DNA of 64,000 nt from SAR86 cluster bacterium (lineage in GTDB: Bacteria; Pseudomonadota; Gammaproteobacteria; Magnimaribacterales; Magnimaribacteraceae): assembly GCA_029268615.1 (NCBI GenBank), contig JAQWNM010000004.1, forward strand, positions 37,966-101,965, in the 5' to 3' direction. This document shows, in pieces, positions 37,733 to 47,826 of the stretch (positions within the stretch are counted from its first letter, which is position 1; each line of letters begins with the position of its first letter). The position numbers and the translations under genes are program-made. The notes beneath the pieces were generated by a model that searched no databases, had not been told where the DNA came from, and saw only the letters and a list, made by a program, of their open reading frames with translations.

Positions 37733-38568
37733 TGATTCAAGTATCTTCTATAAGTGAATTAAATAATTCTTTGAATTTATTAAAAAAAAGTCGTGAATCA
37801 ATTGCCTTAGTGCCTACTATGGGAAATTTACATAAAGGTCATCTTTTGCTAGTAAAAGAGGCAGAGAAATTAGCTCAGAATGTAGTAGTTAGTATTTTTG
37901 TTAACCCTCTGCAATTTGGACCAAATGAAGATTTAAGTTCTTATCCTAGAACTCTTGATCAAGATATAGTTAAACTTAAAAAAACAAACTGTAAATTAGT
38001 TTTTACTCCCTCAGAGGATCTATTCTCCCTAGATTCCTTACCTGTTATAGATGTAGGGTCTATAGGTAAAGTATTATGCGGAATTTCACGACCAATTCAC
38101 TTTAATGGAGTAGCTACTATAGTTAAGGAGCTAATTAATTTATTTAATCCAGAGGTTGCTGTTTTTGGAAAAAAAGATTATCAGCAGTTTTTTATTATTA
38201 AAAAATTGGTTAGAGATTTTGATTTAAAGACTCATATCATTGGTGTTGATACGTATAGACATAGAAAAGGTTTGGCAGAGAGCTCTAGGAATCAATATCT
38301 AACTAGAGATGAATTAAAAATTGCTCCTAATTTATATACAACTTTATTAAATGCCAAAGAAGATATAGTTGAAGGAACCTTAGATTTGAATAGCATTGAA
38401 GTTAAGTCGATAAATTCCTTAAGTGCTTTAGGTTTTAAAGTTGATTATTTTAAAATTTGTTGTTCAAAGACGTTGCAAACACCTCAAGATAGAGTAAAAG
38501 ATTTAGTAATTTGTGTTGCGGCGTACCTAGGTAAGACTAGATTAATAGATAATATAGAAGTCTTATAA
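37732..38568 (+). CDS. panC: Pantoate--beta-alanine ligase
   Basis: 278 aa. The start overlaps the panB stop (TAATG). VPTMGNLHKGHLLLV (HxGH motif) and FGKKDYQQ. Confidence 0.92.
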   Translation: MIQVSSISELNNSLNLLKKSRESIALVPTMGNLHKGHLLLVKEAEKLAQNVVVSIFVNPLQFGPNEDLSSYPRTLDQDIVKLKKTNCKLVFTPSEDLFSLDSLPVIDVGSIGKVLCGISRPIHFNGVATIVKELINLFNPEVAVFGKKDYQQFFIIKKLVRDFDLKTHIIGVDTYRHRKGLAESSRNQYLTRDELKIAPNLYTTLLNAKEDIVEGTLDLNSIEVKSINSLSALGFKVDYFKICCSKTLQTPQDRVKDLVICVAAYLGKTRLIDNIEVL

Positions 38569-38569
38569 A

Positions 38570-38992
38570 TTAAGTTTTTGGCGGTTTACCGTCTTCAATT
38601 CTCCAACCTTCTTTGTCAAATATTCTCAAATAAGTTAGTTGTTCTTGGCTATGAGTATTTTTAATTTTTATGAAATCACCTTCCTCTGCTAAAAGGATAT
38701 CTCCTGAGACAACTTCAATATCCTCTTTATGTTCTATTCCAAAGCTAGGATTGCTTCCATGACCAGCTTCATGATTAGAATATTCAATTATCTCTACTTC
38801 TCCAAAGCCTGATAGAAATACAAAAACTACTTCTGACTCTATTAGTCTATGGCCGCCTGTAGATTGCCCTGCATTTATGACAGTTTTACTTGTAATAAGC
38901 TTTCTTAATATATCATTTGTCCATGAAGTATATGACGGGTTTTCTTTTGTTATTTGATCCCCAACTGAGAAGTTATTAAATTTTTTAGCCAT
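38570..38992 (-). CDS. Hypothetical protein, possibly a cupin-like beta-barrel
   Basis: 140 aa. Good coding look but only weak cupin-like motifs (GGHRLIESEVVFVFLSGFGEVEI). Confidence 0.5.
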   Translation of the reverse strand: MAKKFNNFSVGDQITKENPSYTSWTNDILRKLITSKTVINAGQSTGGHRLIESEVVFVFLSGFGEVEIIEYSNHEAGHGSNPSFGIEHKEDIEVVSGDILLAEEGDFIKIKNTHSQEQLTYLRIFDKEGWRIEDGKPPKT

Positions 38993-39066
38993 ATCTAAAT
39001 GTACCTTTAAAAAAATAGGATTGTACAGGTAATTTTAAAATTACAAACTTTTCATTCTAATAATAT

Positions 39067-40080
39067 TTACTCTTCACTTACTTGTAATATTAGTTTCCCA
39101 TCATTTTCCCCAGTAAAAAGCATGTTTACAGTAGATAAAGCATTTTCTAAACCTTGTTGGATGTCTACTTTATACTGAATTTTCCCCTCTTGAATCCATT
39201 GTGCTAATTCAATAGATGCTTTTTCCCAATCTTCGATGAAATCTGAAACAATGAAACCTTCTACTTTTACTCTCTTCATTAAAATATTTCTATACATGTA
39301 GGGACCTGGTACAGGCTTATCTTCATTGTACATAGATATTAGCCCACAAACAGATACACGAGCACTTTGGTTTACAACTGTTAAGACGGCATCAAGAATT
39401 TCTCCGCCTGTATTATCAAAATAAATATCTACACCTTCTGGACATAATTCTTTTAATTTATCTAGGACGTTCTCTTCTTTATAATTTATAACTCCATCAA
39501 AACCTATGTCTTTAAGCCAGTTACATTTTTCATTTGAGCCTGTAATGCCTATGACCTTGCATCCTTTAATTTTTCCTATTTGCCCCACTACAGAACCAAC
39601 TGCTCCTGCAGCAGTAGATACAACCAATGTTTCTCCAGGTTGAGGATTAGTAATATTTAGAAGCCCGAAATAAGCAGTATAGCCTGTAAACCCGGCAGCG
39701 CTCATATAAGAAGTCAAAGGTAGGTTTCTTTTTTCAGGAAGGGGTGAAGTTTCTGCCGGAGTGACAATGGCAAAATCTTGCCATCCACAAGTAAAAGCAG
39801 ATACATATTCACCTACTGTTAACTCAGGAGAATTACTTTTTATTATTTTTGCTGTGCATCCCCCTCTCATAACCTGGCCTAATTCAACAGGTGGCATATA
39901 TTGATCTATGTCAGACATCCAGATTCTATTTGTCGGATCTATAGATAGGTAAATATTTTGAATTAATGCTTGTCCAGGGCCTGGTTCAGGGATCTTAGAT
40001 TCTATCAGTTCTAAATCATCATTTGATATATCTCCAACAGGTCTTTTTTTAAGGATCCATTGTCTGTTATTATTTCTCAT
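39067..40080 (-). CDS. NADP-dependent medium-chain oxidoreductase (YncB/CurA / alkenal-enone reductase type)
   Basis: 337 aa. N-terminal WILKKRPVG..DLEL pattern and Rossmann motif STAAGAVGSVVGQIGK. Confidence 0.85.
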   Translation of the reverse strand: MRNNNRQWILKKRPVGDISNDDLELIESKIPEPGPGQALIQNIYLSIDPTNRIWMSDIDQYMPPVELGQVMRGGCTAKIIKSNSPELTVGEYVSAFTCGWQDFAIVTPAETSPLPEKRNLPLTSYMSAAGFTGYTAYFGLLNITNPQPGETLVVSTAAGAVGSVVGQIGKIKGCKVIGITGSNEKCNWLKDIGFDGVINYKEENVLDKLKELCPEGVDIYFDNTGGEILDAVLTVVNQSARVSVCGLISMYNEDKPVPGPYMYRNILMKRVKVEGFIVSDFIEDWEKASIELAQWIQEGKIQYKVDIQQGLENALSTVNMLFTGENDGKLILQVSEE

Positions 40081-40141
40081 GATTTCTTAAAAAATTTATT
40101 AACGAAATACACAATATAGTTAAATCTGGCATAATTGCTAT

Positions 40142-40732
40142 ATGAAAAATAATAATTTATTAAAACAAGCTACTTTTTCTTCTATGACAGACGGAACATC
40201 TGAAGACTATACTATAATTGCTGAACATGCTATTGATCATGCTTCAAAATTACCCGATAGAGTTTTAGAACATCTAAGCATTCTTGAAGGAGATACAGGA
40301 GGCTTTGCAATAGATAGGTTGGCACATTCTTTGCAAACAGCAACTAGGGCATACAGAGATGGAAAAGATGAAGAATATGTAGTTTGTGCTTTACTCCATG
40401 ACATAGGTGATACTTTAGCTTCTGCTAATCATGCTGATTTAGCTGCAACCATGTTGAAACCTTTTATATCAGATAAGAATTACTGGATTGTAAAACATCA
40501 TGGAATCTTTCAAGGATACTATTTCTTTAATTATCTAGGCTTAGATAAAAATCTTAGAGACGAATTTAAAGGCCATGAATATTGGAATGACTGTGCAGAA
40601 TTTTGTGCGAAGTATGATCAAAATTCTTTTGATCCTGATTACGACAACATGTCTTTAGATGAATTTAAGCCTATGGTACAAAAAGTTTTTTCTAAGCCAA
40701 AAGAATCAATTTATAAGAAAAGAGATTATTAG
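40142..40732 (+). CDS. HD-domain protein (MIOX/PhnZ-like metal-dependent superfamily)
   Basis: 196 aa. His/Asp ligand pattern LAHSLQ...LLHDIGD...NHADLAA...VKHHG...D. The specific activity is not inferable. Confidence 0.65.
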   Translation: MKNNNLLKQATFSSMTDGTSEDYTIIAEHAIDHASKLPDRVLEHLSILEGDTGGFAIDRLAHSLQTATRAYRDGKDEEYVVCALLHDIGDTLASANHADLAATMLKPFISDKNYWIVKHHGIFQGYYFFNYLGLDKNLRDEFKGHEYWNDCAEFCAKYDQNSFDPDYDNMSLDEFKPMVQKVFSKPKESIYKKRDY

Positions 40733-40751
40733 TCTTTTTTTTCCATCTTAA

Positions 40752-43202
40752 ATGGATAAAATAGAATCTCTTTTTCGTAAGTTAACTTTAGAAGAAAAAG
40801 TCTCTTTACTTTCAGGTAAAGATGCTTGGCATACACCAGAAGTTGATAGACTTTCCATTCCTAGTATCAAAATGACCGATGGCCCAAATGGTGCAAGAGG
40901 AGATTCTTTATCGGGAAAAACAGCTGCATCATTTCCAGTTAGTATTTCTTTAGCCTCAACATGGAATTTAGATCTAGTAAAACAGATAGGTCATTCTTTA
41001 GGGCAAGAATCTAAAACGAAAGACGCAGATGTTTTACTTGCTCCAACTATAAATTTACATAGACATCCTCTAGGCGGGAGGCACTTTGAGTGTTTTTCCG
41101 AAGATCCATTCTTAACAGGTAAATTAGCAATATCTTATGTTTCGGGCGTTCAGGCTGAAGGGGTTGCCTGCTGCTTGAAACACTTTGTAGGTAATGATAC
41201 TGAATTCGAAAGACTCTCTATTAGTTCTAATATAGATGAAAAGACTCTTAGAGAACTATATCTTCTTCCTTTTGAGATGGCTATAAAGCAAGGCGGTGCT
41301 TTGGTTGTCATGTCAGCATATAGTAAGTTAAATAATATTTTTTGTAGTTCACATGATGATTTACTCAATAAAATATTGAAAGAAGAGTGGAGTTTTCCTG
41401 GATTCGTGGTGAGTGATTGGGGAGCTGCCTTAGAGACCATAGAAAATGCAAACGGAGGATTAGATATTGAAATGCCTGGGCCAGCAAAAACTTGGGGGGA
41501 AAAACTTATTTCAGAAGTTAAAAGAGGCAAAGTAAAAGAAGAGTTAATTGATGATAAGGTTTTAAGGTTAATGCGAGTTATGAATTTTACAGGTCGAATA
41601 ACTGATCAAAAGAAGAAAACTGAATCATCATTTAACAATCCGAGAGATAGAGAGTTGATAAGAAAAGCAGGTTCTGAAGGAATGGTTCTTCTTAAGAATG
41701 AAGGCATTTTGCCTTTTAAATTAAAAGAAATGAGAAGTCTTGCAGTCATTGGACCGAACTCTCTTAAGGGGCAAATACAAGGAGGAGGAAGTGCTGAGTT
41801 AAAGTCTCATTATTCTATAAATCCATTTGAAGGAATTAAGAATTATGTACCTAGTAGATTAGACTTACAATATGCAAAAGGTTGCCATATAGATAAGTAT
41901 TATCCTCCAATAGGGAAGCAATTACTAAAGACACCTGGAAAAAATGAAGAAGGTTTTCAGGTAAAGTTTTTTCAAGGTGGAGACTTTAGCGGCACTCCTC
42001 TTGAAGAAGAGGTGATGAGAGGAGGAAAGTTTTGGGCCCTAAATGGCTTTGGAGTTAATGTAGCCTCGTCTTCTAACCCTCCATCTCTCTCAGTATCCTT
42101 TTCTGCTGATTTTATTCCAGATACTACAGGCCTTCATTCTTTTGATTTAACTAGTATAGGCCCATCTAGAATTAAGATAGACGGCAAAGTTTTTTTAGAT
42201 AACTGGCTAGATCAGGAGCCGGGAGAATCTTTTTTTAGTTTTGGTAGTAAATTAAAAAAAGCAACTGTAGATTTAATTAAAGACAAAAGTTATTTTTTAG
42301 AGATAGAGTATAAATGGATCGGAAGATTTCCGGCAATTCAATTTGGGATGCTTCCTCCTGATTCTATAGATTTAATGGAAGAGGCTTTAAATATTTCTCG
42401 AAAAGTAGATGGTATTATTTTAGTAGTAGGTACAAATTCTGACTGGGAGACAGAAGGAATAGATAGATCGTCAATGGATTTACCTTTACAACAAAATGAG
42501 CTTATAGAAAAAATCTGTGAAGTTAACCCAAATACTGTTGTAGTCTTGAATACTGGATCACCCAATCATATGCCTTGGATTGATAAGTCTAAATGTATCT
42601 TGCAGTCTTGGTTTCCAGGTCAAGAATTTGGAAATTCACTTGCAGATATTATCTTTGGTGTAGAGAATCCCTCAGGAAAACTTCCTACAACCTTTCCAGT
42701 TTCTCTAAAAGATACTCCAGCTTTTAATTTTTATCCTGGTCAGGATTCACAAATGCAATATGGAGAAGGTGTCTACATAGGTTATAGATGGTATGAAAAA
42801 GAAGATATAAAACCATTGTTCCCCTTTGGTCATGGACTTTCATATACTGATTTTTCATATTCAGAATTTAGGATAATTCCACCACAAACTGAAGATTCAG
42901 TTATTTCTTGTGAATTTAAAATAGAGAATATTGGTCCTTTAAAAGGAAAAGAAGTGGCCCAATGTTATATCGGCAAAGAAAATAGTAGTATTGCAGGACC
43001 GGTAAAAGTTTTGAAAGCTTTTAAGAAAATAGAATTAGAACCCAAAGAAGCTAAGAAATTGATTTTTAATATTACCGAAAGAGATTTATCTTATTGGGAC
43101 ATAGATAAGCATAGTTGGGTTCTAGAACCTGCGAAATATATTATTTATATTGGTTCTTCTTCTGAAGATGTTCGGGGGAAACAGAGTGTTTGGTTAGGAT
43201 AA
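40752..43202 (+). CDS. Glycoside hydrolase family 3 beta-glucosidase with inserted PA14-like domain; no signal peptide
   Basis: 816 aa. MTDGPNGAR, KHFVGND and the nucleophile motif FVVSDWGA. A central insertion of about 150 aa (VKFFQGGDFSGTPL...) and a C-terminal fibronectin-like domain. Confidence 0.9.
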   Translation: MDKIESLFRKLTLEEKVSLLSGKDAWHTPEVDRLSIPSIKMTDGPNGARGDSLSGKTAASFPVSISLASTWNLDLVKQIGHSLGQESKTKDADVLLAPTINLHRHPLGGRHFECFSEDPFLTGKLAISYVSGVQAEGVACCLKHFVGNDTEFERLSISSNIDEKTLRELYLLPFEMAIKQGGALVVMSAYSKLNNIFCSSHDDLLNKILKEEWSFPGFVVSDWGAALETIENANGGLDIEMPGPAKTWGEKLISEVKRGKVKEELIDDKVLRLMRVMNFTGRITDQKKKTESSFNNPRDRELIRKAGSEGMVLLKNEGILPFKLKEMRSLAVIGPNSLKGQIQGGGSAELKSHYSINPFEGIKNYVPSRLDLQYAKGCHIDKYYPPIGKQLLKTPGKNEEGFQVKFFQGGDFSGTPLEEEVMRGGKFWALNGFGVNVASSSNPPSLSVSFSADFIPDTTGLHSFDLTSIGPSRIKIDGKVFLDNWLDQEPGESFFSFGSKLKKATVDLIKDKSYFLEIEYKWIGRFPAIQFGMLPPDSIDLMEEALNISRKVDGIILVVGTNSDWETEGIDRSSMDLPLQQNELIEKICEVNPNTVVVLNTGSPNHMPWIDKSKCILQSWFPGQEFGNSLADIIFGVENPSGKLPTTFPVSLKDTPAFNFYPGQDSQMQYGEGVYIGYRWYEKEDIKPLFPFGHGLSYTDFSYSEFRIIPPQTEDSVISCEFKIENIGPLKGKEVAQCYIGKENSSIAGPVKVLKAFKKIELEPKEAKKLIFNITERDLSYWDIDKHSWVLEPAKYIIYIGSSSEDVRGKQSVWLG

Positions 43203-43223
43203 TTTAATCTTACGGAGTTTAAG

Positions 43224-44582
43224 ATGGCAGAAATAGAAAATGACTTACTAAACATAAAAGATTCTTTAAAAAGAAAATTTAAAGCCGAACCTTTTTTACC
43301 AAAAAAACCTATACAAGACTTGGGACTAAGTAAAGTAGATGGACAAAGGTTCTCTTCAAAAGAATTCATGAAACAAGAATGGAATTTTATCTGGAAAAAA
43401 ACCTGGCAATTAGTATGTAGAATAAGTGATCTTGAAAATAAAGGGGCTTTCTACATACATGAATTAGGAAAGGAATCTTTTTTAATAGTAAAAGGTGATG
43501 ATGGAGTAATTAGAGGTTTTTATAATGTGTGTCAACATAGAGGTAATAAGTTATGTCAGGCAAGCATAGGAGCAACGGAGACTTTTACTTGTCCCTATCA
43601 TGGATGGCAATGGAATAATGATGGTAGCTTAAAGTTTATATCTAGTCCTGAATTTTTTAGACAGTTTGATGAAGGTGTGCCTTATGAAGAACTGTCTCTT
43701 CCTAAAGTAAAGGTAGATTTTTGGGGTGGCTGGTTATGGATAAATATGGACTTAGATCCAAAGGGAATAGGTTTACAAGAATATCTCGGAGACTATGGTC
43801 AACATCTAGAAAGTTACGAATTTGAAAATTGGGATTTGATAGATTATCAATCTTTTGAGTGGAATGGTAATTGGAAGCATGCAGTAGATGCATTCAATGA
43901 AAGCTATCATTTTGCTTCACTTCATCCGGATATGATTCAAATATCTGAAGGCCATGATGTACCTATAGAGTTAAATGGAATTCACTCTAGGATGCTAAAT
44001 TACAATGATACTGTCAGTGAAGTAGTAACAGGGGATAGAGATTCTTGGACTCCTCTTCGTTTGAAGATGATGTCTGTAAATGATGGTTATAAGGGGTCAG
44101 CTAAGGATTTGCATCTTAGCAATATTGAGATGAAAAGATCCCAGGAAGAAGACTATCCAATTTATAAACAAATGAATGATGAGCAGCTAGTGCATCAGTA
44201 TCACTACCATTTTTTTCCCAATGCCACATTTACAAATAAACCAGAAAATGGTCTTGTCTTCAGGTTCAGGCCTCATGCAACAAACCCTAATAAAAGTTAT
44301 TATGATTTTTTTATTCTAGTTAACAAAGTTTTTGTTGATAATAAATCTGTAAGGCCAGAGCATAAACTGCATAAAGGTAGTGCGCCAGAGGTTTATCAAG
44401 ATGCCTTTGATTCAACTTTCAACGATGTTTTCTCAAATGTGCTTGCTGAGGATGCTTCCAACATGGAAACTATGCAGTGGGGTACTAAATCAGATAGTTT
44501 TACAGGAATGAACCTTTGTGACCAGGAAATCAGGATACGACATTTCCATAAAACTATAGATCAATTTATTTCAAAAGGTTAA
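43224..44582 (+). CDS. Rieske [2Fe-2S] non-haem-iron oxygenase, alpha (catalytic) subunit
   Basis: 452 aa. Rieske motif CQHRGNKLC-x-17 spacing-CPYHGWQW. Mononuclear iron motif NWKHAVDAFNESYHFASLHP. Confidence 0.88.
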   Translation: MAEIENDLLNIKDSLKRKFKAEPFLPKKPIQDLGLSKVDGQRFSSKEFMKQEWNFIWKKTWQLVCRISDLENKGAFYIHELGKESFLIVKGDDGVIRGFYNVCQHRGNKLCQASIGATETFTCPYHGWQWNNDGSLKFISSPEFFRQFDEGVPYEELSLPKVKVDFWGGWLWINMDLDPKGIGLQEYLGDYGQHLESYEFENWDLIDYQSFEWNGNWKHAVDAFNESYHFASLHPDMIQISEGHDVPIELNGIHSRMLNYNDTVSEVVTGDRDSWTPLRLKMMSVNDGYKGSAKDLHLSNIEMKRSQEEDYPIYKQMNDEQLVHQYHYHFFPNATFTNKPENGLVFRFRPHATNPNKSYYDFFILVNKVFVDNKSVRPEHKLHKGSAPEVYQDAFDSTFNDVFSNVLAEDASNMETMQWGTKSDSFTGMNLCDQEIRIRHFHKTIDQFISKG

Positions 44583-44586
44583 TTGC

Positions 44587-45495
44587 TTAAACTTTCTTAG
44601 GAACTCCAGATTCTGAGATAGCTTTATCATGATTTTTTTTAGCCTCAACTAATTCTGGTATTAATTTGTTAAGTTGATCAATGGTCCAAAGGTTATCTGT
44701 GGTGAAAGATTTAATTACAGCAGGTTGTTGCATGATCCCTAATATTCCTGCCTGTGAATGTATAATTTGAGAAGTAATGCTTTCAGCAGCATCAGAACAA
44801 AGCCACGTAACTATGGGTGCTATTTGTTCAGGGTTTTGAGTCCAGTCATCAATATTATGTTCCCTGCCTGCAGCTTCCATTAAATCCAAAGTCAATCTAG
44901 TAGCAGCTCCTGGAGAAATAGTATTCACTGTACATTTATACTTAGCAACCTCTAGGGCTAATGATCTAGAAAATCCTGCTATGCCAGCCTTGGCAGCGCC
45001 ATAATTAGTTTGGCCAAAATTCCCATATAAACCTGATACTGAGGACATATTAATTATTCTGCAATTTAATTTATTATTATCTCTTATGTATTTTATTAGG
45101 GGCTTTGTACAGTTATAGTGACCTTTTAAATGTACTTCCATAATTGCATCCCAATCTGATTCTTCCATATTGTAAAGAGTTTTATCTCTTAAAATCCCAG
45201 CATTATTTACTAAAATATCTACATCATTATAGTTTTCTAATGCTGTATTAAAGATGTTTAGACCACCTTGAACTGTCCCTACAGTATCATAATTAGCTAC
45301 AGAATCTCCTCCTAAACTTTTGATTTCACTGACAACTTCATCTGCTATTTTTCCACCTCCAGATCCATCTCTTTCTCCTCCAAGATCATTGACCACCACT
45401 TTCGCACCTTCTTTTGCAAAGTATAAAGATATTTCTCTACCTATACCTCTTCCTGCGCCGGTTACTATAGCTACTTTGTTATTTAAGATTCCCAT
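44587..45495 (-). CDS. SDR, MFE-2 / 17-beta-HSD4-type (3R)-hydroxyacyl-CoA dehydrogenase-like
   Basis: 302 aa. AIVTGAGRGIGREISL, DILVNNAGILRD, NYGAAKAGIAGFSRSLALE. Confidence 0.8.
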   Translation of the reverse strand: MGILNNKVAIVTGAGRGIGREISLYFAKEGAKVVVNDLGGERDGSGGGKIADEVVSEIKSLGGDSVANYDTVGTVQGGLNIFNTALENYNDVDILVNNAGILRDKTLYNMEESDWDAIMEVHLKGHYNCTKPLIKYIRDNNKLNCRIINMSSVSGLYGNFGQTNYGAAKAGIAGFSRSLALEVAKYKCTVNTISPGAATRLTLDLMEAAGREHNIDDWTQNPEQIAPIVTWLCSDAAESITSQIIHSQAGILGIMQQPAVIKSFTTDNLWTIDQLNKLIPELVEAKKNHDKAISESGVPKKV

Positions 45496-45593
45496 TGCTT
45501 CTCCTGTAGTAATTCTATTAAGTTTAGTGCATTCTTGTTGCCTAAGAAAGTATATAAAAATTTAAAATACACTAATTAAAAGAATAAATTCTC

Positions 45594-47036
45594 ATGTCTA
45601 CTACAAATAAATCAAAAGCAAATTTTTATACTTTGTTAGTTTATAGTTTAGGAACAATTCCAGTTGGCATTAAGAATAATCTCTTAGGTAGTTTTCTTCT
45701 GGTTTATTTCAATCAAGTATTAGGACTAAGTGCACAATTAGCAGCTTCAGCAATGGCTATAGCCCTTGTAGTAGATGCAATCTCAGATCCATTAATTGGA
45801 ACTTGGTCAGATAGAGTAAAAACAAAATGGGGAAGAAGGCATCCTTTTATTTATTTAGGCATAGTGCCATTTGCACTATTTTATTACCTCATTTTACAAT
45901 TTCCTGATAACCTTTCTGAATCTTCATTGTTCTATAGACTCCTTTTTCTTATGATAGGTTTAAGGCTTTCTATGACCTTATATGAAGTTCCTAGAGGCGC
46001 TTTAGCGCCGGAATTAACTAAAGATTATGACCAAAGAAATCAAATATCAGGATTGAGTATGGGTTTTAGCTGGATAGGCGGAGCTGGTCTAGCTACTATA
46101 GCCTATGCTTTCTTTTTTATTGAAACTGATAATTATCAAGGAGCATCGGCTTTTTTAAGACCTCAAGCATTCCAAGAGCTAGCTTTTTGGGGAGGTCTAG
46201 GAATATTTATTACTAGTGTAATATCAAATATTGGTCTTCATAGCCAAATTCCCAATCTTTACAAACCTAGTTTAAGTAAAAATAAAAAATCTTTTTTATC
46301 TCAAGTTCTAGAGACTCTATCCAATAAATCTTGGATTGCTTTGTTTGTATCCGGTTGTTTGTATGCGCTTATAATAGGTATAACAACTAATGCAGGGATG
46401 TATAACAATATTTATTTTTGGCAATGGACTCCTTCAGACATAGCTCTATTCCCTATTGCCGCAGCAACAGGTGTTATTTTTGTTTCAATTCTTTCTGGTC
46501 TTCTAGCTAAAGGCAGAAATAAAAAAAATATAACCATATGGTTGCTCACTACGACAATATTCCTTACACCTTTGCCTATAGTTCTTAGATTAATAGATCC
46601 TTATTTTTCAGTTCAATTACTTCCTTCGAATGGCACTGATTTTCTATGGTGGATATTAATAACTCACTATGTTTTAGAAACATGTCTTGGTACCTTAGGT
46701 TTTATTTTTATTATATCTATGGCTATGGAGATAGTTGAAGATGTACAAACCAAGACAGGCAGGAGAGAAGAAGGCTTGCTTGGAACTGCAAATACTTTAG
46801 TGCAAAAATTAATAGGAGCTGGTGGAGTTTTAATTGCAGGTCTTATAATTTCTCATGTAGGATTAGATGATCCTGGATCTATAGAGTCTATGCAAGAGCC
46901 CATAAGAAATTTTGCTACCATAATGATATATACAACTATGAGCCTAGGTTTGATGGCAATTGTTGCATTACTTTTTTATGACATTGACAGAAAAAAGCAT
47001 TCTAGGAATATTGATACTTTGGGTTATACAGATTAA
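45594..47036 (+). CDS. MFS transporter, glycoside-pentoside-hexuronide (GPH) cation-symporter type
   Basis: 480 aa. GPH loop motif DAISDPLIGTWSDRVKTKWGRRHPF. About 12 TM segments. Confidence 0.82.
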   Translation: MSTTNKSKANFYTLLVYSLGTIPVGIKNNLLGSFLLVYFNQVLGLSAQLAASAMAIALVVDAISDPLIGTWSDRVKTKWGRRHPFIYLGIVPFALFYYLILQFPDNLSESSLFYRLLFLMIGLRLSMTLYEVPRGALAPELTKDYDQRNQISGLSMGFSWIGGAGLATIAYAFFFIETDNYQGASAFLRPQAFQELAFWGGLGIFITSVISNIGLHSQIPNLYKPSLSKNKKSFLSQVLETLSNKSWIALFVSGCLYALIIGITTNAGMYNNIYFWQWTPSDIALFPIAAATGVIFVSILSGLLAKGRNKKNITIWLLTTTIFLTPLPIVLRLIDPYFSVQLLPSNGTDFLWWILITHYVLETCLGTLGFIFIISMAMEIVEDVQTKTGRREEGLLGTANTLVQKLIGAGGVLIAGLIISHVGLDDPGSIESMQEPIRNFATIMIYTTMSLGLMAIVALLFYDIDRKKHSRNIDTLGYTD

Positions 47037-47038
47037 GT

Positions 47039-47809
47039 ATGTTTTTCTTTCCATTTTCTGATGACAACCCAACTAGTTCAAGGCCTATTATTTGTTATTG
47101 GATTATAGGAATATGCATTTTTATTTTTCTTTGGCAATTTACACTACCTGCTGAATTATCAAGATCTGCTGTTTATTCATTTGGAGTTATTCCATCCTCT
47201 TTACTAGGAGATAATTTCATATATATTCCAGCAAGTTTAACTGTAGTAACTTCTATGTTTATGCATGGCGGATGGATGCATTTATTAGGAAATATGTTAT
47301 ATCTTTGGATTTTCGGTGACAATATTGAGGAATCATTAGGCAGATTTAAATTTATAGTTTTCTATTCTTTATGCGGTTTAGTAGCAGCATTAACACAGTC
47401 TCTTGTAGATCCAACATCTAATATCCCTATGATAGGAGCAAGTGGAGCGATAGCAGGTGTTTTAGGGGGTTATTTAATTTTATACCCAAGGGCTAATGTT
47501 AATGTTCTTTTTTGGATCTTCATATTTATTAAGGTATTTCGCATTCCAGCTTTTATTGTATTAGGTGTTTGGATAGTAGGGCAATTTTTTGATGCAGGTG
47601 GTTCCTCATCATCAGGCGTAGCTTATTTTGCGCACATAGGTGGATTTCTTGCTGGTATTTGTTTAGTTCCTTTATTCAAGAAGCCCAGTATTCCATTATT
47701 TCAAAATGCCAATACTACTGCTTTTAGAGATACAGGCTTTAATTTAAGTAAAGATAAAAATTTTATGCAAGAATTTATAGACGAAGCAAATAAAAAAGAC
47801 AAAAGATAA
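47039..47809 (+). CDS. Rhomboid-family intramembrane serine protease
   Basis: 256 aa. HGGWMHLLGNMLYLWIFG, catalytic GASGAIAG and catalytic His in AHIGGFLAG. The start is 2 nt after the MFS stop. Confidence 0.88.
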   Translation: MFFFPFSDDNPTSSRPIICYWIIGICIFIFLWQFTLPAELSRSAVYSFGVIPSSLLGDNFIYIPASLTVVTSMFMHGGWMHLLGNMLYLWIFGDNIEESLGRFKFIVFYSLCGLVAALTQSLVDPTSNIPMIGASGAIAGVLGGYLILYPRANVNVLFWIFIFIKVFRIPAFIVLGVWIVGQFFDAGGSSSSGVAYFAHIGGFLAGICLVPLFKKPSIPLFQNANTTAFRDTGFNLSKDKNFMQEFIDEANKKDKR

Positions 47810-47826
47810 TAAATTAAGAGGTATTT

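Noticed and set aside
17012-40732. PhnY/PhnZ-type 2-aminoethylphosphonate oxidation pathway (TauD-family dioxygenase plus HD-domain oxygenase).
   Set aside because: The two genes are 22 kb apart, on opposite strands and in unrelated contexts. The HD protein is co-operonic with GH3 and Rieske genes instead. No phosphonate transporter is present.
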